A stretch of 64,000 bases of DNA from Octopus vulgaris. Lineage: Eukaryota. The notes under the pieces were generated by a model that ran no database searches, was not told the origin of the DNA, and saw only the letters and a list, made by a program, of their open reading frames with translations. The stretch spans positions 31,992,001-32,056,000 of the forward strand of contig OX597816.1 of NCBI GenBank assembly GCA_951406725.2, given 5' to 3'. Both the position numbers and the translations under genes were made by a program. Shown here in pieces: positions 1-13,102 of the stretch (its first letter is position 1; each line of letters starts with the position of its first letter).

Positions 1-245
1 CTGGATGTAATTAACTGATTTGCGTGAAGCAGATTACTAATACTATGTTTGCAAACATATTCACAATCTTCCATATTTGAAGAAATCGTTATACCAAATA
101 TCTATGATTAATTGTTCCGTAATAATTTAGTCGATGAGGGAAAATGCATTTTGAACTGTTTTTAAGGGTAGTGTGCCTGGTGGAAAGAAAGATATTCATC
201 CCCAAATCTGACTCGATAACGGCAGAGTTTCTATCAGAGCGATTA

Positions 246-444
246 CGAGGGCTGCTGAAAAGTTCTTGGCTTTAAATGTCTCACGAAAGTGTTAATCAGA
301 GTACAACATACCGAATTCCTTTACATGGCTTAGTAAACCTGAAGGACCGTTGCAATAAGCGTGGGAACCTGAGAGGAGAATACGTTAGATAAAATCATGA
401 TTTATTACCAATTACCCAAAGCGAGGAATTTTTCGCACCCCTTG
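246..444 (+). mobile_element. Mariner-derived MITE (internally deleted)
   Basis: TA at 244-245 and 445-446. Imperfect TIRs cgagggctgctgaaaagttc and gaatttttcgcaccccttg. Internal KDRCNKRGNLRGEYV* resembles the mariner transposase C-terminus. Confidence 0.7.
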
Positions 445-1099
445 TACAAGCGCACATTGGTTTTATTTCAAGAAGTAATAGATCAAAGCTACCAATCTAG
501 AACAGTACCAGAATCCGAGAAATATTTCCACAAATATAAAACTAACTTCCTTTATTTTCAATGCTTTTGTGTAATCTTGGATCTTTTAGAATAAATATCC
601 ACAAACATTTCAACAAAATGCTCAAAAACGAAACCGTGGTTAGGAATACTTAAATTCTTAATCATTGTTTTGTCTAGCTTTATAAACATGCTATGATGCC
701 ACGCTCTTATTTTTGTAGTATGTATTTAGTTGAAATATGCCATGAAAGCGAAATGGAATCATTGAAGAGATAGTGTGCTACAAAATTACAAATGTTAGAT
801 CTCATTTTAAAATAAGACATCATATTATTTGTTATTCTGTTCTAAACTATTAGGAAGAGGAATTTGTACGTATATTCTGAAGCAATCCATGTGTGTGTGT
901 GTATGTGTGTGTGCATGCGAGCGTTTGCATGTGTGCAGTTGTGTGTGTGTGTGTACATAATGCATATTGAAGCGCAACTTAGCGATATTTATACCTCCTC
1001 TGATTGTGATGCATCGTTGCGCATACAGATTCATTTTGTAGTTGAGAAAAAAAGTTAGTTACATGCAGGACGAAAAGCTGTCTGAATAACAGAAAGAGT

Positions 1100-1720
1100 T
1101 GCCTCTATCATGATGTTTTGCGTCGAGTAACAGAATGTCATCGTTAAAACTGATGCTTAATGCGTTTTGAAAACTGTGTAAGCGTGTAAGACACGACACA
1201 GACAAGTGTATCAAAGTATACGGAATCATGGCCAGCAAGAAGAGACACGCTATTCTTACTCCATCGCACGCCTCGGTTCATCCCTACATTGGGGAATATG
1301 AACTTAGGCTCATTTCAGAGAGCTCCGTGAATCAGTTGGAGATTGTAGTCTATCCTCGGCTGCATAAGGATGCTGCTGAAAAGCCAAATGTAGGGCAGTC
1401 TGATTCGGCCCCTCTCCCTAGGTTCAGAAAGTTTCAAACGGTCTTGAAAGTTTTGTATTACTCCGTCTTCACAAGCGCCATTTTCTGGCCTGTTTATTCT
1501 GATTATAATTTCCTGGAGAAGTATGTGAGGTGCGACACTAAATGGTATTGGTATCAATTAATCTACCTGCCATGCTAATGGTTAGCTGATGGCCAATACC
1601 AAGAAGGTTTTCGAAGTGTTTCCAGGGAGAGAGTGATGAACGTATGCGTCAATTCTGGAGCCTTCAACAGTGGCAGAAGCTAAGAAGAGCTATATTAAAA
1701 AATGCTATATCACAGCCATA
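1100..1720 (+). pseudogene. Degenerate Tc1/mariner transposase fragment (DD37D/maT-like)
   Basis: ORF 1228-1578 contains GQSDSAP and FWPVYSDYNFLEKYV, which match QQDSAP and WPPNSPDxNPxDYYVW. Downstream sequence resembles the transposase C-terminus. Confidence 0.65.
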
Positions 1721-4700
1721 ACCGAGTTGATATTATCTGACCTTTTTCAAAACATTTCAAATTTTTCATAGGTAACTTGTTTTATTTTCCTTTTATATAA
1801 CCTGTCGTATTCGACCGAACAACCAGTATACGTTCTACTTTCGGTACATATTCGAATTGTTGCTAAATGTACTTCTGATTTGAATTATATGGAATCTACA
1901 TTTTTTCTTTTTAACTATTTTAAAGATAATCTTTTTACATAGTTATTTAAATCCTGTCGCACTCAATACATAATCGATATTTGATTGGGATTTCCTTTCT
2001 TGAAACACATATCTTGAACTTTCAATATATATTTTTCTTTTAATTTAGTCAATAGATTCTACTTTAATGTATCATTTGACATCCTAACTATAACCATAAA
2101 TTCACCTGGAAGCCTCACGTGTTTAAAGCAAATGATTATCTAAAGTTGTTTCGACCATAAAACGTACGTTTGAAAAGTGACTAAAACTGGATTATCACTG
2201 AACATTATGAACTAGATAACATTGAATTAAATTTAAACAGCGAAAATAGTTCCTGTGTCCGAAGTATCCAGTACCCGAAATGTTTGTTACACACAATATT
2301 GTTAAAGGTATTTTCCCCTACTTTTATCCGTAATGCTGGTCTCTGTTGTTAAATAAATGTCTCCCTTAAAATTTAATATACGATATAATTTGAACTAAAT
2401 TGCATTTTCTGTCTTTATTTAATTGCAATACTATATTTTCAGTTGTCTTAGTATTTCTTAATTATTATTTGCTCAACCAGACTATAGCAGCTATTAAATA
2501 TTTGGATATATTACTTTAAAAAACTATAATTAATATCGATGTCATCATTACATTCGTTTCAGAGGTTCAATATTTTAAAATGATTGTTGGATTTTAAGTC
2601 GTTATTTACATCACAATGAGTTATGGATCAGTGAGGTATATGTTCCTCCTCGTACGTCGTAATGCAAAGAATCAATATATATTTCAAAGTTCTGAATTAT
2701 AACAATAAATATATGTTAGATTACGTAGATACGTTGATATTGTAGATAAGTCAAAAGAGACAACATGGTGATTTCTCAATCACAGGTGGCTCTTGAGACT
2801 ATATCTCAGAAAACACATAATCACCATACAATCATAACGGTTTTTGATGGCTATTATGCCGGTATTTTGAAATTCATCCACGTTTCTTTTTAAAATTGAA
2901 CCTATATTCCTGATCCTCTTTAGTTAAAATAACATTTCAATTTTGGAAACAGGTCACGGGTATAGCATAAAAATAGAGTTGCAGCCTGCATAGTATATTA
3001 GAAATAACTAATTCTATAGACTTGAAAGTGAAAATAAGAAACTTATCGCAAATTAAACATATTACTTACTTTCATCCCCTAACAGCTACTACACATTCTT
3101 TGTCCAATTCTTTTAGTTTTAGTATATCTATATTAGTATATATGTCTTGATATTTATTTACGTTTTCAGTCATTATGTGTATAAATAAAATCAAACTCTA
3201 TTATTTTTCCGCCTAAAATACTTTACATACTTGCTTATAATATCATGCTTTGATGTTGTTATTTAAAAACAAACAAAAAGACCGAAAAAACAAACCACGA
3301 CTTTTAATGCAATTTCGGCTTAGATAAGTTCATATCTATAGTAAATGTATTTTTCCAGATATTGCAAAGCTTGTACGATAAGAATTTATATAAGTTTATG
3401 TTAGCAGCGAGATAGCGATTTGCAATTTAGTGTAAGCAATCAATTCTTCAAAATTCTTTGATCGTATATTTTCTTTGAAATAAATCATAAATAAGAAGCT
3501 ATTGTTATTATCATTAAATAAATCCGATACATTGAGAGTAAACTACGTATTCATCAGTAGTTTTCTGCACTTTTTATATGTTTACACTTACCTTGTATAT
3601 GTTTGAATAGTCCTAAGTAAAATATGTTTGGTAAGGTGGCGAGATAACATTATATAAAGCGAGGTCAGTATTTTTTAGATCAAGATTTTTCAACGAGCTA
3701 CACTTTCGAAAAACTTTCATTACATTCCATGCTTCATAAAATAATGTATTATATATCTTCACTAGTGCTTGACATGTTCTTTATGCCAGGCAGAAGTAAT
3801 GCCCTGTTTCGTTGAAATATAGATATACATAAAAAAAAATCCATCAAGCAAAAGAAGGTAAACAAAATTGAAACAGAACACACATTAAGTTGTTTAAAAT
3901 ACATCGTTTTAAAATACCCAATTTTAAAGATCGTATTGATATCTGTTGTTTTACTTGAAAGTAGTCGATTTATTTGGTAAAGCAGTGGAGGAATATAAAG
4001 AGAACTGTAAGAAATTAATAATTCAACTATTTCTCTGAAATTATCGAATAGAAGAAATTAAAGTGAGCAGTGCTTGTGAAGTTAAGTTATACCTCTGTAG
4101 GGTGGGAGCCAGAGGAAAAACACTGACAGCTGGATAGAAGTAAATGTACACACTCATAAAAGTGTGTACACACGTATAAATGTACACACGTATAAAGAGC
4201 TAGCTGGGTAGCTTGCTAGCTAGATAGATAGAGAGATAAACAGATAGATAGACAAATGGGCAGACAGAGAGAAGGATTGGTTTGTGGGTAGATAGAAAGT
4301 TTACAGGATGTGGTTTATCGAAACATCGCCAGGAAAAGAATGCATTTCTATTCCTTCCACCTTACATTTAACCCTCTCTCTATTTATATATCTATCTATC
4401 GCTCTGACTCTCTCTTTATCTCTTTTGGCCTCTCCTTATGTAATAGCGCAAAAGTATACATGTATACATAGATAAATTCTTAAGGGAATAGCAATAGGAC
4501 TATCTGTCTCTCTCACAGTTATCTTGAATGTACTTATGAATTATTAGAAATTATTAGGAAAATAGTCATAATGCTAACAATTTTGAAAAATAGAAATTTC
4601 TCATTTTCATCATTTGTATTTTAATAGTTAGCTAAACATTTTTGATGACCTTGCTGAGAAATGTGTTTTTATATACATACCTATGCACATTCATTCAGGT

Positions 4701-4749
4701 AGGAATACGGATAATTTGGTGCCGCATTCGTGTATATGTGCTTCTGTGT

Positions 4750-5058
4750 GTGAAAGCACGTGGCACTGTGTTTAAGGTATTCGCCTCACGAGCTCTATCT
4801 ACAAGTTGTGACCTTCAGGAAGGCATTTTATTTAACCTTGCTCCAGTCCACTCAGCTGGCCCAAATGTGTATTCCCTGTATTTCAAACGGCCAGCCATGT
4901 CACATTATATTCCACGCTGAATCTTCCTGAGAACTATGTCATGGATGCGCTTGTTTGTGGAGTCCTAAGTCCCCGGGCACGTTAATTTCAAGAGTAGGCT
5001 CCTCATTGGATAGGATCAACTGGAACCCTAGTCTTCATAACCGACATTGTGCCAGTTA
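4750..5058 (+). mobile_element. tRNA-derived SINE with Meta-like central domain
   Basis: Degenerate A-box head and central ttgtgaccttcaggaaggcattt...ttgctccagtccactcagctgg. Aligns by eye with the copy at 25051-25360. Confidence 0.7.
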
Positions 5059-8000
5059 TTTAAGAGTGACTGTGTGTATGTGCCTACGCGTTTGATTATA
5101 CAGGTAGAGACAGAGAAATTGAGAGAGGAGATGAGTGAGAGTAGAGACAGAAAAAACCGGAGATAATAGACATATTTTTCTTGTGATGACTTCTAAAAAT
5201 ACTGTTGAGAAATATGTAAATGGTTTTGTGTACATTCATTCAAACTTATAACATACATATAGAGCATATAATGTGAGACTCAACTAGTAGTTTTGTAAAA
5301 TATGGTGTGATTTACAAAGGCATACAGTAATACTTATTCACTTTTTGTAATCTTTAATGAGATATAGCATTTCAAAATACATTAAAGAAATCGTAAGCTT
5401 TCCTTAGAAAGCTATGATCAGGCTACATCCTTGTGATACCACTCTGAGAGTATGTATTAACTTACTATTTGTTTAGACTAAATAATCTACTAACGCGTCA
5501 ACAGATATTCTAATACGTGCAACTTACTACAGGATTTCAATGCACGATTACAAACAATACACATTGAGCGTGTAATAAAATTCCGAATATAGTATTAAGC
5601 ACAAACCGACGAATCTCTGACTATATATAACGTTTTTATAAGCCTTTCTTGTTGGCTGCTAATATTTCTATGAAGCCTGAAAGGACTAGGTTGCTTATGT
5701 TTTCAAGGACAAACTCAAATAACAATTCATTACATATATTATGAGAAAATATTATTTTCATCTGTTATTACGGATCATAATTTTATTTTTAATAATAGGC
5801 TATTTAGTTAATCATGTTTAAGCTCCTTTATTAAACAGAGCATGTCCGTTTATGCGAAGATACTCCAAGACTAATCAAGGCTTGCTTATGTTTCTCAGCA
5901 CTCGTATCGATATTCAATATATTGACTGTGGAGTCATTTGTTTGACTAAGCTGATTAATAAGATCCATAAAAAGAAATCTAACTACATTTATATGACGAA
6001 TGCAGTTTTTATTTATTTATTTGTTTTCTTCAGAGTGATGTGCCTGTGTATTTCGTTGAATACATATCTCGCATATATGTGATGAATATAAGACTCATAG
6101 ATTCAACTAGTTTCAGTAATCGTTATATTATCCAACTCTGGAATTAAATATTTATTATGTTCACATATCTATAGTAGTAATAATCTTCTAGTTTTTGGTA
6201 ACATGAATCTAGCACAAAAAGAAATCAAATGAAAGCGATATGCTTACCCATCACTTCTCCTGACCAATTAGGTTTGAATATGAATTTTGGCTTTTAACAT
6301 TTTCTCTGAGGATTACAATTCCGTTTGTTTTTCTAGCTTTGTAGCCAATATTATTTAAAAGGTAGTTTAACGTGATGATTTGACATTTTATTACTTTATT
6401 AATAAATATTTCTCTCAATGAAATTGTTTATGGAATGGATTTGATACTTATAGGCTTATCGACAGAAGCCTTCATGTGGCGTTCGTATGCAAAACTTCCA
6501 TTTGTTTTATATATTTTCTATTTCAACAAGAATATATTATGTTCATTTATATTGTTCCCTGCAAGCATGGTAAAAGTGATTCGGCTTTGTACTGTACATA
6601 TAGAGAGTTTACGAATCTTAAGAATTTTAATCGACAATGATCAGAGGTAATTTGAATGACAAAGATGAGAGAGGCAATACATTCTACAATGATCATAGAA
6701 GCAATGTTATTATTCAATTGTTTAGACACTAATATAGTAAGTTGGAATGTATTTTCTCTGCTGTTATCTCGTATGTAACGTAGTTACTCTAACTGATGGA
6801 ACAAACACTCGGCGAAAGAGTAATTACACGCACTATTATTCAATAATAATAATAAAAAAAAAACAATACTGCGAGATAGTATGAATGCTATTTCTGTTGA
6901 TGAATGCGCCATGAATACAAGACAATAAACTGTTCATTTCCCCAAAGAATGACCTCAATAATCTTATTAAGTAATTATATTCATATTTCTACACAGTATT
7001 GTAACATTATGCAAAAGTAATTGTTTCCTAATGTGCACTGAATTTTAGAAATCTGACAAATAGGGATGTACATAAGTTTAGTGAAATTGCATTGTTCTTG
7101 TACCAATACACAAAGCAAAGCCATATATATATTGAATCTTAACAGATGATACAGCATGTGCATGTGAGCATGAAAGAATGCAGAGTATTAGATGCGTATA
7201 TATATATACGTAACTAGTTTTCATCAAAGGCAATTTCAGTTTAGATCATTTGATAATTTGATTAAATATATTAGTGAAAATATTACTGTAGTCGTGCGAT
7301 AGGGATTTATGTTAGAGAGAGAAATATCTCATGTGCGATAACACGTTTTAATGAGACAAGCAACATGTCTAAATCATATATGATAACGCTTGTGTAATTC
7401 TTTTACCTTGGTTTTCTTCTTATTTCGGTTACATTTTATGGCAAATCATAAGTCTCTGTTCTCTAAGTTGACTCCTCTGAAAGACTGGTGATTTACAAAG
7501 CTTGACAAAAAATCAAGACAGTTAAAACATTGTTACACGAATGTTTAAGACTTAATGCGGAATAATAATATTTGAAAAAAATTCTATGCTTAAACTTCCA
7601 AAATTCTTACATTAACAAGTACTTTTTTCTTTTTAGCTTACATGACTAAAATAAATACTTAAGTATTCATTCTGTAGTGTGCATTTTCTTACGACTAAAA
7701 GACCGAATGTGTTTGCCAGAAAAAGCATCTCCGAATATTTCAAACTTATAGCTATTCTAAACACCTGGCCCGCTCAGAATATTCCATTTTAGTATAGATT
7801 TATTTCAGCACGGCATCTTACAGCTGTTAAATCTCGACGATTATAATTTTTTTAAGGCATTTGAACACCTAATTTCATCAGTGTCTCAAAGTTATCGACA
7901 AAATTTTGGATATTCTCATTCATGCAGCACTAGTATTTCAGCACTGTTATTTCATATAGGACTTATTTGTAGACTAATGCATTTTATCTTTCTTCCGTTC

Positions 8001-9119
8001 ATATTCAAAACATGCCCTGCCAAACGAAACCGAATAAAAGGATGTATAATAGGACATGTAAATAGTGAGGTCAATAGAGTACTTTGATATTAATTATGCT
8101 ATTCTATTGTATGAATTTAGCTTCTATCAAGTCTCAACTATGCTCACATGTATACATATATACGGATGTGTTGTCTGAAAATTTTAAAAAATTAATACAG
8201 TAAAAATCATGCTTGTTAATTCAAGACGAATTTCTTTTAGAATTAAGGACTCGAAATTGAACTAAGAATTATATGATAGTACGAACAAACTGACAACTGA
8301 GCAATACCAAGCAACATATGCCAGATCTGATTGCATAATGAAAATTCAATTACTTCTATTTTATTTTAATCTTGTAACACATGTTGCAGTTCAGTTCAAC
8401 GAATTGTTGTTATCAATTTTTTTTACGGTGAACAGTCAGAGTGATAACATCTGTAAATGAAAGGATGTCACCTGACATGTTTGGATTGAAATACACCCAA
8501 TATTGGAAAAGAACTATGTGTCATGATGATAAAGGGAAAGTCACAACATGCTTATAATTTGACAGTTTCTCAAAGATCTATCAACGCTGTATAGGTGTAA
8601 GATGTGATTACATTTTATATTAATGATAACACACTTTTAGAATTCAAAATTTAAAATATATTTGTTTCTTATGTTCAAATTTACTGCAAATAGATGTAAC
8701 TGATAAATGTAACTGTTGCTGTTGAGCCAGAGGTATATTCAATATTTCTCTATTTCCCATTCACTGTCCCCTTTTAATACACATACACATGTGTTTGTAT
8801 TAATACCCAGATACGCATATACACACACATATTAATATCTACGTATATATAAGAAAGGTTATGTCTGTCTATTTGACCCACAAAGTGAAAATATAACCAG
8901 AGACTATCTGCCTTTGATTTTCTTTCTATGTTTCCTCTATTCTCTCTCTTTTTATATATTATCTGTCTGTCTGACTGTCTGTTTATCTGCCATGCTATTT
9001 CAAAGAGATTCTGTCTCTTTGTCCCGCAAAATGAACCTCAAACCAGACACCATCTCTGTATGATTTTCTTTGTTCTCTGTCGTTTTCCTTCAATTTCTTT
9101 CTTTCTCTCTCTCTCTCTA

Positions 9120-10470
9120 TCCCTCTTCCGTTCTTGGCGAGGAGAGACTTCCAATTGATGACGAAAAGCTTCTTACACTCAATCCAATTTGTAATTCAAC
9201 TAATTTACTTGATGATTTGGTGAATGGAATCTTTCCTAATTTTCTGCATAATGCAGCAATACGAATTGGATCTGTGAGCGAGCTATCCTGGCTCCCAAAA
9301 CGTCTTGCAGTTGATAGCATTAAGAATATACTATTGAATAAATTTCCGGGAGATATATTGGCTTATAACCCAATTGACAGTGTTGTTGATGATCAGGATA
9401 ATGTTAAAACGCCATTGAAATTTTGAACTCACTAGATCCACCAGGTATAGCTCCTCATAGTCTTCAGCAGAAAAAGGAACTACTATTATGATATTGCGTA
9501 ATTTGTCTCAACCAAAATTATGCAACGGTATAAGATAAATTGAGCACAAACTTATGAGTATCTGCTTGATGAAAATATTCTCACTGGTTGTGGTAAAGGA
9601 GACACCGCCTTCATTCTTCGTATACCAGTTATACCATCTAATGTCTCATTCTACTTCAAACGATTACATGTTCCTATACGAGGTTCATTTGCCACAAGCA
9701 TCAATAAAAGTCAGGGCCAAACACTAAATGTTGCTGGATTGCAACTTCAAGAACTGCGAAGTCAAAGTAGGAGCATCATGTGCTGGATGGAGCAAAAGGA
9801 AATGATTTTGCTGACGTTGCCCGAAATAAAACAAAAAAAGCATTGCTTATAAGGAAATATTCAGTCTTAATGCAACATGAGTACTTCCATAACTCAATTT
9901 CCCATTACTATCATTACATTCAAGTATGACTATGTTACCTCTTTCAATGATCTGTATCATATAATTGTCATGACTGTATTGATGAATATAGTAAAAAATA
10001 AAACTTACTATTGTGATATAATAAATCAACTGAAGTTCATGTCTTTTCTTGTTCAATTTGTAAAAGATGTCAAAAGATCACCATGTGTAGTAAAGGAATA
10101 TGTACACCGAAATAAAATGATATAAAACATTGTTTATAAAGAAATATTCATTCTTAATGCAACATAAATACTTCAGCAACTTCATATACTAATACCAACA
10201 TTAGAATGAAGAATGAGTTAATTACGTATTTCAATGAACGGTATTATATAATTGTCATTAATGCATATATTAATAAAATAATACATATACGTATTATTGC
10301 CATATCATAGCAAACCACAAGTTCATGTGTGATATTCACCCCCCTTCTACGTCAATTTTCGCATGGCTTAATCTTCTAAAAATACATACATAGAGGAGGA
10401 GTAAATTAAATGTGGCTCCTGATAAACAGAAAATGTAATTATCCGATCAACACTGGGTATTTCTGCTCGT
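9120..10470 (+). mobile_element. Helitron 3' fragment with PIF1-like helicase pseudogene
   Basis: Broken translation reads NSLDPPGIAPHSL, IMILRNLSQPKLCNG, RIPVIPSNVSFYFKRLHVPIRGSFATSINKSQGQTLNVAGL, which are Helitron helicase C-terminal motifs. Possible 3' terminus ccgatcaacactgggtatttctgctcgt at about 10443-10470. Confidence 0.9.
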
Positions 10471-10515
10471 ATGTGCGTATATATAAATAACAATTACATA
10501 CATATGAATATATAT

Positions 10516-11317
10516 AACGTGCGTCCGTAGATAACTTAAAATTGTATGATAGATTGCCGTCAATTCATTCTCTCTTACCTGTTTGTGTCTGCCTTCCAAT
10601 TGCTGTATTTTTACTGAGATCTCCCTTTTTAGTAGAAGAAATAGCTATAACTCTTTGACTGCTATTTCTAAATTCGGTCTGTGGCAAGGCAATTCGTTGC
10701 TAAACCCTTTATTGCTTAGTATTACTTAAATTTTCCTCGAATGAGGCTTTTACATACCGAAGACTACTTGGTGTAATTGATAATTATTCCAAATTAATTA
10801 ATTTCACCCTTCATTATTACGGATAACCATATTTTATCTCAGTAGATGACCACAGCATCTTGTTTTGGCTACACGCGGGTGGGAAGGGGCTGGTGACACA
10901 ATCTTTTCATTCACACTTTGAATTTGGTGATACTAGTTGCGGATTCTAGCTCGCTCTGATACTGAGTTGAGTTGGTGCCTTCTAGTATCTCAAAATTCAA
11001 TATATAATCATTTATGATTATAGTATTCTACGCTGAAGAGAAAAGAAGTTTGGGTAAGGTAGAATTATTTAATATTTAATTCTTATGCTTTCCTAAAAAC
11101 TTGATTTCGAAACGTGCGTCCGTAGATAACTTAAAATTGTATGATAGATTGCCGTCAATTCATTCTCTCTTACCTGTTTGTGTCTGCCTTCCAATTGCTG
11201 TATTTTTACTGAGATCTCCCTTTTTAGTAGAAGAAATAGCTATAACTCTTTGACTGCTATTTCTAAATTCGGTCTGTGGCAAGGCAATTCGTTGCTAAAC
11301 CCTTTATTGCTTAGTAT
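10516..11317 (+). mobile_element. Non-coding hammerhead-bearing element, 595-bp unit, about 1.35 tandem copies (retrozyme or Penelope pseudo-LTR-like)
   Basis: Direct repeats of about 207 bp at 10516-10722 and 11111-11317 appear identical. TA-rich flanks. Hammerhead at 11027-11126. Confidence 0.8.
11027..11126 (+). ncRNA. Type I hammerhead ribozyme motif
   Basis: tctacg-CTGAAGA-g(69-nt hairpin stem II)c-GAAA-cgtgcg-TC-cgtaga. Stem I tctacg/cgtaga is complementary. GUC cleavage predicted after 11120. Confidence 0.8.
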
Positions 11318-11324
11318 ATATATA

Positions 11325-11375
<51 letters not shown>

Positions 11376-13021
11376 TATATGGATATATGTATGTAGATAT
11401 GCTTATGTAATATATAGATGAAAATGTATATATGTAAATGTGTACATATTTGTATGTAAATCTCGAAGTTTTTAATGAGTGTAGTATCGATTTAAGGTCC
11501 AGTTTCTCGGAGATGGTGTTACCAAACCAAATACTTAAGGAGTATATATCTAATATTATGTTTATTGTAGTTCGAATGACCGATACGTTGGTATTAAGCC
11601 TCATGACTGGGAATCAATGTTTTGTGCGTAGCAGACATTAACGAAAATATCCTCAGTATGTATTATAACTGGGGAAGCATATTCTAAAGATTGACTCATT
11701 GGTAGATTTTGAGATGAGTGAGGCATGTGTTATAAGTTTTATTTCTATTTGCCATGTATTCAATTCGTCATTAAAATAAATATGATCCTTATGTTTCTGT
11801 TAATTCTAAGATACTAGGTCATGATGATCTTTGAGTGTATCATGGGGATGAAATTAAAACAGAATATTAATTAAATGTTTTGTTTTTTTCACAAAATTAT
11901 TTTCGTTTTAGGTTCTTTCTTGTATTATTCAGTTCATTATTCATTATTCAGTTCCATTAATTTCTTTTACTATTGGTAAGAAAACGAAGAGACTTAAGTA
12001 AATGACACGAGGAAGAATTTACCGCTGTTATATAAATAATAAACTCAAACTTATTTATTTTGCAAATATTTATTCATATCAAAATTTATCACGAACACAA
12101 ACTCGAGAACTAAAAGCTATGGAAATATAATAAAAAAAACATTAAGATATTAAAGTTTTAATTTATGATCTAAGACTTTCAAAGAATGGAATTTTTCTTC
12201 AGACCATAACCGTCTGTGGCGTTTCTCTAAAGCGTGTTGCTACCGTACTATTTCATCTTTTTTCCTGGTTTCTTCTCCCTGGATACACGATGCAGCTTGG
12301 TTATGATGAAAATATTCTTAGTTATGTAAATAAATAATTTTTCCTAGTTTCTAGCGTCAGTTTACAAATAAATACTTTTACTATATATGATTTATTATTA
12401 TCTGTTTCACATAGAATTCTTCAAAGCATTTATGTTGCGCAGTAAATGATACCAGCTCAAATATTCCGAGAACTAACCGCAGCAATGATTTTACACTGAC
12501 TGCCGCCACAGAATTTCAGAGAAACTAGGCTTTCCCAATTTCGAGGTGTAGTACACACTAAGTCCAGAATATCAGAATGAAATAACTGGGGACAAATGGA
12601 GCGATGGAAAACTATCCCAGGTAGGTGGGGAGATACAATTGTCTCACAGTCGTATCCTAGTTCATGTAAATTAAGCTAGAGATTGAGAGACCATATCCAC
12701 TGCCTGGATTATGTGTAATAGGTTCTATAAATGGAAGTGATTAGAGACAACTTGCTTCAAATGGATAGCCTACATATTGTACAGCAACATACATTTTGAA
12801 TAAAGAAACTGTGTAATGTTCTTACTTATTGTCAGCTCTGACTATATAGATTGATATCCAGGTGATAATTTGGATTATAATGTCCATTTGTGCTTTTCCA
12901 TTTAATGTGGTATAACTGAATTAAGATAGATTTGGATGCCCTTTCAAACATACCAAATGGCTACTTACAACTTTTTTTAAAAACCTGAATTGAAATAATT
13001 ACTTTTATATCTTCGCATAAA

Positions 13022-13102
13022 CACCCTCTCTGTACATAACTCCATGTCCCCCTACATGGCCATGATTTTTGCTTTTTGAGCCAAAAAATTAACTTAACTT
13101 AA
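13022..13102 (+). mobile_element. CR1-type LINE 3' UTR tail
   Basis: tctctgtacataactccatgtccccctacatggcc...gagccaa matches the 3' UTR at about 46775-46835. Ends in short (aactt) repeats. Confidence 0.65.

Noticed and set aside
10516-11317. LTR retrotransposon or TRIM interpretation of the 207-bp direct repeats
   Set aside because: I saw no TG...CA ends, TSD or PBS. The repeat boundary falls inside the hammerhead, which fits a tandem unit better.
12167-12207. Minus strand ctgaaga...gaaa spacing like a hammerhead
   Set aside because: Stem I and stem III do not pair, so it is likely chance.
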